Positions 40,301 through 55,409 of a stretch of DNA of 64,000 bases are shown here, one piece after another; position 1 is the stretch's first letter, and each line of letters starts with the position of its first letter. Source of the stretch: the human T2T-CHM13v2.0 reference genome, Homo sapiens; assembly GCF_009914755.1 (NCBI RefSeq), contig NC_060939.1. The stretch is one strand, 5' to 3'. The position numbers and the translations under genes were made by a program. Below the pieces are notes generated by a model. The model saw only the letters and a program-made list of their open reading frames with translations, was not told the origin of the DNA and did no database searches.

Positions 40301-43300
40301 TGAGTTGAATGCAAGCATTACAAAGAGGTTTCTGAGAATGCTTCTGTCTAGATTTTATATGTAGATATTCCCGTTTCCAACGAAATCCTCAAAGCTATCC
40401 AAATATCAACTTGCAGATTCTACAAAAGGAATGTTTCCAAAATGCTGTATCCAAACAAAGGTTCAACTCTGTGAATTGAGGGCATACATCACAAAGAAGA
40501 TTCTGAGAATGCTTCTGTCTAGATTTTATATGAAAATATTCCCGTTTCCAACGAAATCCTCAAAGCTATCCAAATATCCACTTGCAAATGCCACAAAAAG
40601 AGTGTTTCCAAACTGCTCTGTGAAAAGGAAGGTTCAACTCTGTTAGTTGAGTACACACATCACAAAGAGGTTTCTGAGAATGCTGCTGACTAGTTTTTAT
40701 TTGAAGATATTTCCCTTTTCACCTTAGGCCTAAGAGTGCTCGAAATGTCCATTTCCACATACTCCACAAAGTGTGTTTCAAACGTGCTGTATGAAAGGGA
40801 ATGTTCAACTCTATCAGTTGAATGCAAACATCACAAAGAAGATTCTGAGAATGCTTTTGTCTAGATTTTATATGAAGATATTCCCGTGTCCAACGAAATT
40901 TTCAAAGGTCTCCAAATATCCATTTGTAGATTCTACAAAAAGAGTGTTTCCAAACTGCTGTATCAAAACAAAGGTTGAACTCTGTGAGTTGAGGACACAC
41001 ATCACAAATAAGTTTCTGAGAATGCTTCTGTCTAGTTTTTATTTGAAGATGTTTCCTTTTTCACCATAGGCCTGAAAGCGCTCGAAATGTCCACTTCCAG
41101 ATAGTACAGAAAGAGTGTTTCAAACCTGCTCTATGAACGGGAATGTTCAGCTCTGTGAGTTGAATGCAAACATCACAAAGCAGGTTCTGAGAATGCTTCC
41201 GTCTAGATTTTAAATGAGGATATTCCCGTTTCCAACGAAATCCTCGAAGCTATCCAAATATCCACTTGCAGATTCCACAAAAAGAGTGTTTCAAAACTGC
41301 TCTGTCAAAAGATAGGTTCAACTCTGTTAGTTGAGTACACACATGGCAAACAAGATTCCGAGAATGCTTTCGTCTAGTTTTTTTGGGAAGATATTTCCTT
41401 TTTCACCGTAGGCCTCAAAGCGCTCCAAATGTCCACTTCCACATACTACAAAAAGAGTGTTTCAAACCTGCTGTATGAAAGGGAATGTTCAACTCTATGA
41501 GTTGAATGCAAACATTACAAAGAAGTTTCTGAGAATGCTTCTGTCTAGATTTTATATGAAGGTTTTCCCGTTTCCAACGAAATTTTCAATGCTCTCAAAA
41601 TATCCACTTGTAGATTCTACAAAAAGAGTGTTTCCAAACTGCTGTGTGAAAAGAAAGGTTCAACTCTGTTAGTTGAGGACACACATCACAAATAAGTTTC
41701 TGAGAATGCTTCTGTCTAGTTCTTATTTGAAGACATTTCCTTTCTCACCTTAGGCCTGAAAACGCTCGAAATATCCACTTCCAGATACGACAGAAACAGT
41801 GATTCAAACCTGCTCTATGAAAGGGAATGTTCAACTAGGTGACTTGAATGCAAACATCACAAAGCAGTTTCTGAGAATGCTGCTGTCTACTTTCTATTTG
41901 TAATCCCGTTTCCAACGAAATCCTCAGAACTATCGAAATTTCCAATTGCAGATTCCACAAAAAGCGTGTTTCAAAGCTGCTCTGTAAAAAGAAAGGTTCA
42001 ACTCTGTTAGTTGAATACGCACGTCACAAACAAGTTTCTGAGAATGCTTCTGTCTAGTTTTTATGGGAAGATATTTCCTTTTTCACCGTAGGCCTCAAAG
42101 CGCTCCAAATGTCCACTTCCACATACTACAAAAAGAGTGTTTCAAACCTGCTCTATGATAGGGAATGTTGAAACCTATGAGTTGAATGCAAGCATTACAA
42201 AGAGGTTTCTGAGAATGCTTCTGTCTAGATTTTATATGTAGATATTCCCGTTTCCAACGAAATCCTCAAAGCTATCCAAATATCAACTTGCAGATTCTAC
42301 AAAAGGAATGTTTCCAAAATGCTGTATCCAAACAAAGGTTCAACTCTGTGAATTGAGGGCATACATCACAAAGAAGATTCTGAGAATGCTTCTGTCTAGA
42401 TTTTATATGAAAATATTCCCGTTTCCAACGAAATCCTCAAAGCTATCCAAATATCCACTTGCAAATGCCACAAAAAGAGTGTTTCCAAACTGCTCTGTGA
42501 AAAGGAAGGTTCAACTCTGTTAGTTGAGTACACACATCACAAAGAGGTTTCTGAGAATGCTGCTGACTAGTTTTTATTTGAAGATATTTCCCTTTTCACC
42601 TTAGGCCTAAGAGTGCTCGAAATGTCCATTTCCACATACTCCACAAAGTGTGTTTCAAACGTGCTGTATGAAAGGGAATGTTCAACTCTATCAGTTGAAT
42701 GCAAACATCACAAAGAAGACTCTGAGAATGCTTTTGTCTAGATTTTATATGAAGATATTCCCGTGTCCAACGAAATTTTCAAAGGTCTCCAAATATCCAT
42801 TTGTAGATTCTACAAAAAGAGTGTTTCCAAACTGCTGTATCAAAACAAAGGTTGAACTCTGTGAGTTGAGGACACACATCACAAATAAGTTTCTGAGAAT
42901 GCTTCTGTCTAGTTTTTATTTGAAGATGTTTCCTTTTTCACCATAGGCCTGAAAGCGCTCGAAATGTCCACTTCCAGATAGTACAGAAAGAGTGTTTCAA
43001 ACCTGCTCTATGAACGGGAATGTTCAGCTCTGTGAGTTGAATGCAAACATCACAAAGCAGGTTCTGAGAATGCTTCCGTCTAGATTTTAAATGAGGATAT
43101 TCCCGTTTCCAACGAAATCCTCGAAGCTATCCAAATATCCACTTGCAGATTCCACAAAAAGAGTGTTTCAAAACTGCTCTGTCAAAAGATAGGTTCAACT
43201 CTGTTAGTTGAGTACACACATGGCAAACAAGATTCCGAGAATGCTTTCGTCTAGTTTTTTTGGGAAGATATTTCCTTCTTCACCATAGGCCTCAAAGCGC

Positions 43301-46300
43301 TCCAAATATCCATTTCCACATGCTATACAAAGAGTGTCTCAAACCTGCTGTATGAATGGGAATGTTCAACTCTATGAGTTGAATGCAAACATCACAAAGA
43401 AGTTTCTGAGAATGCTGCTGTCTAGATTTTATATGAAGGTTTTCCCGCTTCCAACGAAATTTTCAATGCTCTCAAAATATCCTCTTGTAGATTCTACAAA
43501 AAGAGTGTTTCCAAACTGCTGTATCAAAACAAAGGTTCATCTCTGTTAGTTGAGGACACACATCACAAATAAGTTTCTGAGAATGCTTCTGTCTAGTTCT
43601 TATTTGAAGACATTTCCTTTCTCACCTTAGGCCTGAAAGCGCTCGAAATACCCACTTCCAGATACTACAGAAACAGTGATTCAAACCTGCTCTATGAAAG
43701 GGAATGTTCAACTATGTGACTTGAATGCAAACATCACAAAGCAGTTTCTGAGAATGCTGCTGTCTACTTTCTATTTGTAATCCCGTTTCCAACGAAATCC
43801 TCAGAACTATCGAAATTTCCAATTGCAGATTCCACAGAAACAGGGTTTCAAAGCTGCTCTGTAAAAAGAAAGGTTCAACTCTGTTAGTTGAATACACACG
43901 TCACAAACAAGTTTCTGAGAATGCTTCTGTCTAGTTTTTATGGGAAGATATTTCCTTTTTCACGGTAGGCCTCAAAGCGCTCCAAATGTCCACTTCCACA
44001 TACTACAAAAAGAGTGTTTCAAACCTGCTCTATGATAGGGAATGTTGAAACCTATGAGTTGAATGCAAGCATTACAAAGAGGTTTCTGAGAATGCTTCTG
44101 TCTAGATTTTATATGTAGATATTCCCGTTTCCAACGAAATCCTCAAAGCTATCCAAATATCAACTTGCAGATTCTACAAAAGGAATGTTTCCAAAATGCT
44201 GTATCCAAACAAAGGTTCAACTCTGTGAATTGAGGGCATACATCACAAAGAAGATTCTGAGAATGCTTCTGTCTAGATTTTATATGAAAATATTCCCGTT
44301 TCCAACGAAATCCTCAAAGCTATCCAAATATCCACTTGCAAATGCCACAAAAAGAGTGTTTCCAAACTGCTCTGTGAAAAGGAAGGTTCAACTCTGTTAG
44401 TTGAGTACACACATCACAAAGAGGTTTCTGAGAATGCTGCTGACTAGTTTTTATTTGAAGATATTTCCCTTTTCACCTTAGGCCTAAGAGTGCTCGAAAT
44501 GTCCATTTCCACATACTCCACAAAGTGTGTTTCAAACGTGCTGTATGAAAGGGAATGTTCAACTCTATGAGTTGAATGCAAACATCACAAAGAAGATTCT
44601 GAGAATGCTTTTGTCTAGATTTTATATGAAGATATTCCCGTGTCCAACGAAATTTTCAAAGGTCTCCAAATATCCATTTGTAGATTCTACAAAAAGAGTG
44701 TTTCCAAACTGCTGTATCAAAACAAAGGTTGAACTCTGTGAGTTGAGGACACACATCACAAATAAGTTTCTGAGAATGCTTCTGTCTAGTTTTTATTTGA
44801 AGATGTTTCCTTTTTCACCATAGGCCTGAAAGCGCTCGAAATGTCCACTTCCAGATAGTACAGAAAGAGTGTTTCAAACCTGCTCTATGAACGGGAATGT
44901 TCAGCTCTGTGAGTTGAATGCAAACATCACAAAGCAGGTTCTGAGAATGCTTCCGTCTAGATTTTAAATGAGGATATTCCCGTTTCCAACGAAATCCTCG
45001 AAGCTATCCAAATATCCACTTGCAGATTCCACAAAAAGAGTGTTTCAAAACTGCTCTGTCAAAAGATAGGTTCAACTCTGTTAGTTGAGTACACACATGG
45101 CAAACAAGATTCCGAGAATGCTTTCGTCTAGTTTTTTTGGGAAGATATTTCCTTTTTCACCGTAGGCCTCAAAGCGCTCCAAATGTCCACTTCCACATAC
45201 TACAAAAAGAGTGTTTCAAACCTGCTGTATGAAAGGGAATGTTCAACTCTATGAGTTGAATGCAAACATTACAAAGAAGTTTCTGAGAATGCTTCTGTCT
45301 AGATTTTATATGAAGGTTTTCCCGTTTCCAACGAAATTTTCAATGCTCTCAAAATATCCACTTGTAGATTCTACAAAAAGAGTGTTTCCAAACTGCTGTA
45401 TCAAAACAAAGGTTGAACTCTGTGAGTTGAGGACACACATCACAAATAAGTTTCTGAGAATGCTTCTGTCTAGTTCTTATTTGAAGACATTTCCTTTCTC
45501 ACCTTAGGCCTGAAAACGCTCGAAATATCCACTTCCAGATACGACAGAAACAGTGATTCAAACCTGCTCTATGAAAGGGAATGTTCAACTAGGTGACTTG
45601 AATGCAAACATCACAAAGCAGTTTCTGAGAATGCTGCTGTCTACTTTCTATTTGTAATCCCGTTTCCAACGAAATCCTCAGAACTATCGAAATTTCCAAT
45701 TGCAGATTCCACAAAAAGCGTGTTTCAAAGCTGCTCTGTAAAAAGAAAGGTTCAACTCTGTTAGTTGAATACGCACGTCACAAACAAGTTTCTGAGAATG
45801 CTTCTGTCTAGTTTTTATGGGAAGATATTTCCTTTTTCACCGTAGGCCTCAAAGCGCTCCAAATGTCCACTTCCACATACTACAAAAAGAGTGTTTCAAA
45901 CCTGCTCTATGATAGGGAATGTTGAAACCTATGAGTTGAATGCAAGCATTACAAAGAGGTTTCTGAGAATGCTTCTGTCTAGATTTTATATGTAGATATT
46001 CCCGTTTCCAACGAAATCCTCAAAGCTATCCAAATATCAACTTGCAGATTCTACAAAAGGAATGTTTCCAAAATGCTGTATCCAAACAAAGGTTCAACTC
46101 TGTGAATTGAGGGCATACATCACAAAGAAGATTCTGAGAATGCTTCTGTCTAGATTTTATATGAAAATATTCCCGTTTCCAACGAAATCCTCAAAGCTAT
46201 CCAAATATCCACTTGCAAATGCCACAAAAAGAGTGTTTCCAAACTGCTCTGTGAAAAGGAAGGTTCAACTCTGTTAGTTGAGTACACACATCACAAAGAG

Positions 46301-49300
46301 GTTTCTGAGAATGCTGCTGACTAGTTTTTATTTGAAGATATTTCCCTTTTCACCTTAGGCCTAAGAGTGCTCGAAATGTCCATTTCCACATACTCCACAA
46401 AGTGTGTTTCAAACGTGCTGTATGAAAGGGAATGTTCAACTCTATCAGTTGAATGCAAACATCACAAAGAAGACTCTGAGAATGCTTTTGTCTAGATTTT
46501 ATATGAAGATATTCCCGTGTCCAACGAAATTTTCAAAGGTCTCCAAATACCCATTTGTAGATTCTACAAAAAGAGTGTTTCCAAACTGCTGTATCAAAAC
46601 AAAGGTTGAACTCTGTGAGTTGAGGACACACATCACAAATAAGTTTCTGAGAATGCTTCTGTCTAGTTTTTATTTGAAGATGTTTCCTTTTTCACCATAG
46701 GCCTGAAAGCGCTCGAAATGTCCACTTCCAGATAGTACAGAAAGAGTGTTTCAAACCTGCTCTATGAACGGGAATGTTCAGCTCTGTGAGTTGAATGCAA
46801 ACATCACAAAGCAGGTTCTGAGAATGCTTCCGTCTAGATTTTAAATGAGGATATTCCCGTTTCCAACGAAATCCTCGAAGCTATCCAAATATCCACTTGC
46901 AGATTCCACAAAAAGAGTGTTTCAAAACTGCTCTGTCAAAAGATAGGTTCAACTCTGTTAGTTGAGTACACACATGGCAAACAAGATTCCGAGAATGCTT
47001 TCGTCTAGTTTTTTTGGGAAGATATTTCCTTCTTCACCATAGGCCTCAAAGCGCTCCAAATATCCATTTCCACATGCTATACAAAGAGTGTCTCAAACCT
47101 GCTGTATGAATGGGAATGTTCAACTCTATGAGTTGAATGCAAACATCACAAAGAAGTTTCTGAGAATGCTGCTGTCTAGATTTTATATGAAGGTTTTCCC
47201 GCTTCCAACGAAATTTTCAATGCTCTCAAAATATCCTCTTGTAGATTCTACAAAAAGAGTGTTTCCAAACTGCTGTATCAAAACAAAGGTTCATCTCTGT
47301 TAGTTGAGGACACACATCACAAATAAGTTTCTGAGAATGCTTCTGTCTAGTTCTTATTTGAAGACATTTCCTTTCTCACCTTAGGCCTGAAAGCGCTCGA
47401 AATACCCACTTCCAGATACTACAGAAACAGTGATTCAAACCTGCTCTATGAAAGGGAATGTTCAACTATGTGACTTGAATGCAAACATCACAAAGCAGTT
47501 TCTGAGAATGCTGCTGTCTACTTTCTATTTGTAATCCCGTTTCCAACGAAATCCTCAGAACTATCGAAATTTCCAAATGCAGATTCCACAGAAACAGGGT
47601 TTCAAAGCTGCTCTGTAAAAAGAAAGGTTCAACTCTGTTAGTTGAATACACACGTCACAAACAAGTTTCTGAGAATGCTTCTGTCTAGTTTTTATGGGAA
47701 GATATTTCCTTTTTCACCGTAGGCCTCAAAGCGCTCCAAATGTCCACTTCCACATACTACAAAAAGAGTGTTTCAAACCTGCTGTATGAAAGGGAATGTT
47801 CAACTCTATGAGTTGAATGCAAACATTACAAAGAAGTTTCTGAGAATGCTTCTGTCTAGATTTTATATGAAGGTTTTCCCGTTTCCAACGAAATTTTCAA
47901 TGCTCTCAAAATATCCACTTGTAGATTCTACAAAAAGAGTGTTTCCAAACTGCTGTGTGAAAAGAAAGGTTCAACTCTGTTAGTTGAGGACACACATCAC
48001 AAATAAGTTTCTGAGAATGCTTCTGTCTAGTTCTTATTTGAAGACATTTCCTTTCTCACCTTAGGCCTGAAAACGCTCGAAATATCCACTTCCAGATACG
48101 ACAGAAACAGTGATTCAAACCTGCTCTATGAAAGGGAATGTTCAACTAGGTGACTTGAATGCAAACATCACAAAGCAGTTTCTGAGAATGCTGCTGTCTA
48201 CTTTCTATTTGTAATCCCGTTTCCAACGAAATCCTCAGAACTATCGAAATTTCCAATTGCAGATTCCACAAAAAGCGTGTTTCAAAGCTGCTCTGTAAAA
48301 AGAAAGGTTCAACTCTGTTAGTTGAATACACACGTCACAAACAAGTTTCTGAGAATGCTTCTGTCTAGTTTTTATGGGAAGATATTTCCTTTTTCACCGT
48401 AGGCCTCAAAGCGCTCCAAATGTCCACTTCCACATACTACAAAAAGAGTGTTTCAAACCTGCTCTATGATAGGGAATGTTGAAACCTATGAGTTGAATGC
48501 AAGCATTACAAAGAGGTTTCTGAGAATGCTTCTGTCTAGATTTTATATGTAGATATTCCCGTTTCCAACGAAATCCTCAAAGCTATCCAAATATCAACTT
48601 GCAGATTCTACAAAAGGAATGTTTCCAAAATGCTGTATCCAAACAAAGGTTCAACTCTGTGAATTGAGGACATACATCACAAAGAAGATTCTGAGAATGC
48701 TTCTGTCTAGATTTTATATGAAAATATTCCCGTTTCCAACGAAATCCTCAAAGCTATCCAAATATCCACTTGCAAATGCCACAAAAAGAGTGTTTCCAAA
48801 CTGCTCTGTGAAAAGGAAGGTTCAACTCTGTTAGTTGAGTACACACATCACAAAGAGGTTTCTGAGAATGCTGCTGACTAGTTTTTATTTGAAGATATTT
48901 CCCTTTTCACCTTAGGCCTAAGAGTGCTCGAAATGTCCATTTCCACATACTCCACAAAGTGTGTTTCAAACGTGCTGTATGAAAGGGAATGTTCAACTCT
49001 ATGAGTTGAATGCAAACATCACAAAGAAGATTCTGAGAATGCTTTTGTCTAGATTTTATATGAAGATATTCCCGTGTCCAACGAAATTTTCAAAGGTCTC
49101 CAAATAAAGATTGTTTCCAAACTGCTGTATCAAAACAAAGGTTGAACTCTGTGAGTTGAGGACACACATCACAAATAAGTTTCTGAGAATGCTTCTGTCT
49201 AGTTTTTATTTGAAGATGTTTCCTTTTTCACCATAGGCCTGAAAGCGCTCGAAATGTCCACTTCCAGATAGTACAGAAAGAGTGTTTCAAACCTGCTCTA

Positions 49301-52300
49301 TGAACGGGAATGTTCAGCTCTGTGAGTTGAATGCAAACATCACAAAGCAGGTTCTGAGAATGCTTCCGTCTAGATTTTAAATGAGGATATTCCCGTTTCC
49401 AACGAAATCCTCGAAGCTATCCAAATATCCACTTGCAGATTCCACAAAAAGAGTGTTTCAAAACTGCTCTGTCAAAAGATAGGTTCAACTCTGTTAGTTG
49501 AGTACACACATGGCAAACAAGATTCCGAGAATGCTTTCGTCTAGTTTTTTTGGGAAGATATTTCCTTCTTCACCATAGGCCTCAAAGCGCTCCAAATATC
49601 CATTTCCACATGCTATACAAAGAGTGTCTCAAACCTGCTGTATGAATGGGAATGTTCAACTCTATGAGTTGAATGCAAACATCACAAAGAAGTTTCTGAG
49701 AATGCTGCTGTCTAGATTTTATATGAAGGTTTTCCCGCTTCCAACGAAATTTTCAATGCTCTCAAAATATCCTCTTGTAGATTCTACAAAAAGAGTGTTT
49801 CCAAACTGCTGTATCAAAACAAAGGTTCATCTCTGTTAGTTGAGGACACACATCACAAATAAGTTTCTGAGAATGCTTCTGTCTAGTTCTTATTTGAAGA
49901 CATTTCCTTTCTCACCTTAGGCCTGAAAGCGCTCGAAATACCCACTTCCAGATACTACAGAAACAGTGATTCAAACCTGCTCTATGAAAGGGAATGTTCA
50001 ACTATGTGACTTGAATGCAAACATCACAAAGCAGTTTCTGAGAATGCTGCTGTCTACTTTCTATTTGTAATCCCGTTTCCAACGAAATCCTCAGAACTAT
50101 CGAAATTTCCAATTGCAGATTCCACAGAAACAGGGTTTCAAAGCTGCTCTGTAAAAAGAAAGGTTCAACTCTGTTAGTTGAATACACACGTCACAAACAA
50201 GTTTCTGAGAATGCTTCTGTCTAGTTTTTATGGGAAGATATTTCCTTTTTCACGGTAGGCCTCAAAGCGCTCCAAATGTCCACTTCCACATACTACAAAA
50301 AGAGTGTTTCAAACCTGCTCTATGATAGGGAATGTTGAAACCTATGAGTTGAATGCAAGCATTACAAAGAGGTTTCTGAGAATGCTTCTGTCTAGATTTT
50401 ATATGTAGATATTCCCGTTTCCAACGAAATCCTCAAAGCTATCCAAATATCAACTTGCAGATTCTACAAAAGGAATGTTTCCAAAATGCTGTATCCAAAC
50501 AAAGGTTCAACTCTGTGAATTGAGGGCATACATCACAAAGAAGATTCTGAGAATGCTTCTGTCTAGATTTTATATGAAAATATTCCCGTTTCCAACGAAA
50601 TCCTCAAAGCTATCCAAATATCCACTTGCAAATGCCACAAAAAGAGTGTTTCCAAACTGCTCTGTGAAAAGGAAGGTTCAACTCTGTTAGTTGAGTACAC
50701 ACATCACAAAGAGGTTTCTGAGAATGCTGCTGACTAGTTTTTATTTGAAGATATTTCCCTTTTCACCTTAGGCCTAAGAGTGCTCGAAATGTCCATTTCC
50801 ACATACTCCACAAAGTGTGTTTCAAACGTGCTGTATGAAAGGGAATGTTCAACTCTATGAGTTGAATGCAAACATCACAAAGAAGATTCTGAGAATGCTT
50901 TTGTCTAGATTTTATATGAAGATATTCCCGTGTCCAACGAAATTTTCAAAGGTCTCCAAATATCCATTTGTAGATTCTACAAAAAGAGTGTTTCCAAACT
51001 GCTGTATCAAAACAAAGGTTGAACTCTGTGAGTTGAGGACACACATCACAAATAAGTTTCTGAGAATGCTTCTGTCTAGTTTTTATTTGAAGATGTTTCC
51101 TTTTTCACCATAGGCCTGAAAGCGCTCGAAATGTCCACTTCCAGATAGTACAGAAAGAGTGTTTCAAACCTGCTCTATGAACGGGAATGTTCAGCTCTGT
51201 GAGTTGAATGCAAACATCACAAAGCAGGTTCTGAGAATGCTTCCGTCTAGATTTTAAATGAGGATATTCCCGTTTCCAACGAAATCCTCGAAGCTATCCA
51301 AATATCCACTTGCAGATTCCACAAAAAGAGTGTTTCAAAACTGCTCTGTCAAAAGATAGGTTCAACTCTGTTAGTTGAGTACACACATGGCAAACAAGAT
51401 TCCGAGAATGCTTTCGTCTAGTTTTTTTGGGAAGATATTTCCTTTTTCACCGTAGGCCTCAAAGCGCTCCAAATGTCCACTTCCACATACTACAAAAAGA
51501 GTGTTTCAAACCTGCTGTATGAAAGGGAATGTTCAACTCTATGAGTTGAATGCAAACATTACAAAGAAGTTTCTGAGAATGCTTCTGTCTAGATTTTATA
51601 TGAAGGTTTTCCCGTTTCCAACGAAATTTTCAATGCTCTCAAAATATCCACTTGTAGATTCTACAAAAAGAGTGTTTCCAAACTGCTGTATCAAAACAAA
51701 GGTTGAACTCTGTGAGTTGAGGACACACATCACAAATAAGTTTCTGAGAATGCTTCTGTCTAGTTCTTATTTGAAGACATTTCCTTTCTCACCTTAGGCC
51801 TGAAAACGCTCGAAATATCCACTTCCAGATACGACAGAAACAGTGATTCAAACCTGCTCTATGAAAGGGAATGTTCAACTAGGTGACTTGAATGCAAACA
51901 TCACAAAGCAGTTTCTGAGAATGCTGCTGTCTACTTTCTATTTGTAATCCCGTTTCCAACGAAATCCTCAGAACTATCGAAATTTCCAATTGCAGATTCC
52001 ACAAAAAGCGTGTTTCAAAGCTGCTCTGTAAAAAGAAAGGTTCAACTCTGTTAGTTGAATACGCACGTCACAAACAAGTTTCTGAGAATGCTTCTGTCTA
52101 GTTTTTATGGGAAGATATTTCCTTTTTCACCGTAGGCCTCAAAGCGCTCCAAATGTCCACTTCCACATACTACAAAAAGAGTGTTTCAAACCTGCTCTAT
52201 GATAGGGAATGTTGAAACCTATGAGTTGAATGCAAGCATTACAAAGAGGTTTCTGAGAATGCTTCTGTCTAGATTTTATATGTAGATATTCCCGTTTCCA

Positions 52301-55300
52301 ACGAAATCCTCAAAGCTATCCAAATATCAACTTGCAGATTCTACAAAAGGAATGTTTCCAAAATGCTGTATCCAAACAAAGGTTCAACTCTGTGAATTGA
52401 GGGCATACATCACAAAGAAGATTCTGAGAATGCTTCTGTCTAGATTTTATATGAAAATATTCCCGTTTCCAACGAAATCCTCAAAGCTATCCAAATATCC
52501 ACTTGCAAATGCCACAAAAAGAGTGTTTCCAAACTGCTCTGTGAAAAGGAAGGTTCAACTCTGTTAGTTGAGTACACACATCACAAAGAGGTTTCTGAGA
52601 ATGCTGCTGACTAGTTTTTATTTGAAGATATTTCCCTTTTCACCTTAGGCCTAAGAGTGCTCGAAATGTCCATTTCCACATACTCCACAAAGTGTGTTTC
52701 AAACGTGCTGTATGAAAGGGAATGTTCAACTCTATCAGTTGAATGCAAACATCACAAAGAAGACTCTGAGAATGCTTTTGTCTAGATTTTATATGAAGAT
52801 ATTCCCGTGTCCAACGAAATTTTCAAAGGTCTCCAAATACCCATTTGTAGATTCTACAAAAAGAGTGTTTCCAAACTGCTGTATCAAAACAAAGGTTGAA
52901 CTCTGTGAGTTGAGGACACACATCACAAATAAGTTTCTGAGAATGCTTCTGTCTAGTTTTTATTTGAAGATGTTTCCTTTTTCACCATAGGCCTGAAAGC
53001 GCTCGAAATGTCCACTTCCAGATAGTACAGAAAGAGTGTTTCAAACCTGCTCTATGAACGGGAATGTTCAGCTCTGTGAGTTGAATGCAAACATCACAAA
53101 GCAGGTTCTGAGAATGCTTCCGTCTAGATTTTAAATGAGGATATTCCCGTTTCCAACGAAATCCTCGAAGCTATCCAAATATCCACTTGCAGATTCCACA
53201 AAAAGAGTGTTTCAAAACTGCTCTGTCAAAAGATAGGTTCAACTCTGTTAGTTGAGTACACACATGGCAAACAAGATTCCGAGAATGCTTTCGTCTAGTT
53301 TTTTTGGGAAGATATTTCCTTCTTCACCATAGGCCTCAAAGCGCTCCAAATATCCATTTCCACATGCTATACAAAGAGTGTCTCAAACCTGCTGTATGAA
53401 TGGGAATGTTCAACTCTATGAGTTGAATGCAAACATCACAAAGAAGTTTCTGAGAATGCTGCTGTCTAGATTTTATATGAAGGTTTTCCCGCTTCCAACG
53501 AAATTTTCAATGCTCTCAAAATATCCTCTTGTAGATTCTACAAAAAGAGTGTTTCCAAACTGCTGTATCAAAACAAAGGTTCATCTCTGTTAGTTGAGGA
53601 CACACATCACAAATAAGTTTCTGAGAATGCTTCTGTCTAGTTCTTATTTGAAGACATTTCCTTTCTCACCTTAGGCCTGAAAGCGCTCGAAATACCCACT
53701 TCCAGATACTACAGAAACAGTGATTCAAACCTGCTCTATGAAAGGGAATGTTCAACTATGTGACTTGAATGCAAACATCACAAAGCAGTTTCTGAGAATG
53801 CTGCTGTCTACTTTCTATTTGTAATCCCGTTTCCAACGAAATCCTCAGAACTATCGAAATTTCCAAATGCAGATTCCACAGAAACAGGGTTTCAAAGCTG
53901 CTCTGTAAAAAGAAAGGTTCAACTCTGTTAGTTGAATACACACGTCACAAACAAGTTTCTGAGAATGCTTCTGTCTAGTTTTTATGGGAAGATATTTCCT
54001 TTTTCACCGTAGGCCTCAAAGCGCTCCAAATGTCCACTTCCACATACTACAAAAAGAGTGTTTCAAACCTGCTGTATGAAAGGGAATGTTCAACTCTATG
54101 AGTTGAATGCAAACATTACAAAGAAGTTTCTGAGAATGCTTCTGTCTAGATTTTATATGAAGGTTTTCCCGTTTCCAACGAAATTTTCAATGCTCTCAAA
54201 ATATCCACTTGTAGATTCTACAAAAAGAGTGTTTCCAAACTGCTGTGTCAAAAGAAAGGTTCAACTCTGTTAGTTGAGGACACACATCACAAATAAGTTT
54301 CTGAGAATGCTTCTGTCTAGTTCTTATTTGAAGACATTTCCTTTCTCACCTTAGGCCTGAAAACGCTCGAAATATCCACTTCCAGATACGACAGAAACAG
54401 TGATTCAAACCTGCTCTATGAAAGGGAATGTTCAACTAGGTGACTTGAATGCAAACATCACAAAGCAGTTTCTGAGAATGCTGCTGTCTACTTTCTATTT
54501 GTAATCCCGTTTCCAACGAAATCCTCAGAACTATCGAAATTTCCAATTGCAGATTCCACAAAAAGCGTGTTTCAAAGCTGCTCTGTAAAAAGAAAGGTTC
54601 AACTCTGTTAGTTGAATACACACGTCACAAACAAGTTTCTGAGAATGCTTCTGTCTAGTTTTTATGGGAAGATATTTCCTTTTTCACCGTAGGCCTCAAA
54701 GCGCTCCAAATGTCCACTTCCACATACTACAAAAAGAGTGTTTCAAACCTGCTCTATGATAGGGAATGTTGAAACCTATGAGTTGAATGCAAGCATTACA
54801 AAGAGGTTTCTGAGAATGCTTCTGTCTAGATTTTATATGTAGATATTCCCGTTTCCAACGAAATCCTCAAACTATCCAAATATCAACTTGCAGATTCTAC
54901 AAAAGGAATGTTTCCAAAATGCTGTATCCAAACAAAGGTTCAACTCTGTGAATTGAGGACATACATCACAAAGAAGATTCTGAGAATGCTTCTGTCTAGA
55001 TTTTATATGAAAATATTCCCGTTTCCAACGAAATCCTCAAAGCTATCCAAATATCCACTTGCAAATGCCACAAAAAGAGTGTTTCCAAACTGCTCTGTGA
55101 AAAGGAAGGTTCAACTCTGTTAGTTGAGTACACACATCACAAAGAGGTTTCTGAGAATGCTGCTGACTAGTTTTTATTTGAAGATATTTCCCTTTTCACC
55201 TTAGGCCTAAGAGTGCTCGAAATGTCCATTTCCACATACTCCACAAAGTGTGTTTCAAACGTGCTGTATGAAAGGGAATGTTCAACTCTATGAGTTGAAT

Positions 55301-55409
55301 GCAAACATCACAAAGAAGATTCTGAGAATGCTTTTGTCTAGATTTTATATGAAGATATTCCCGTGTCCAACGAAATTTTCAAAGGTCTCCAAATAAAGAT
55401 TGTTTCCAA

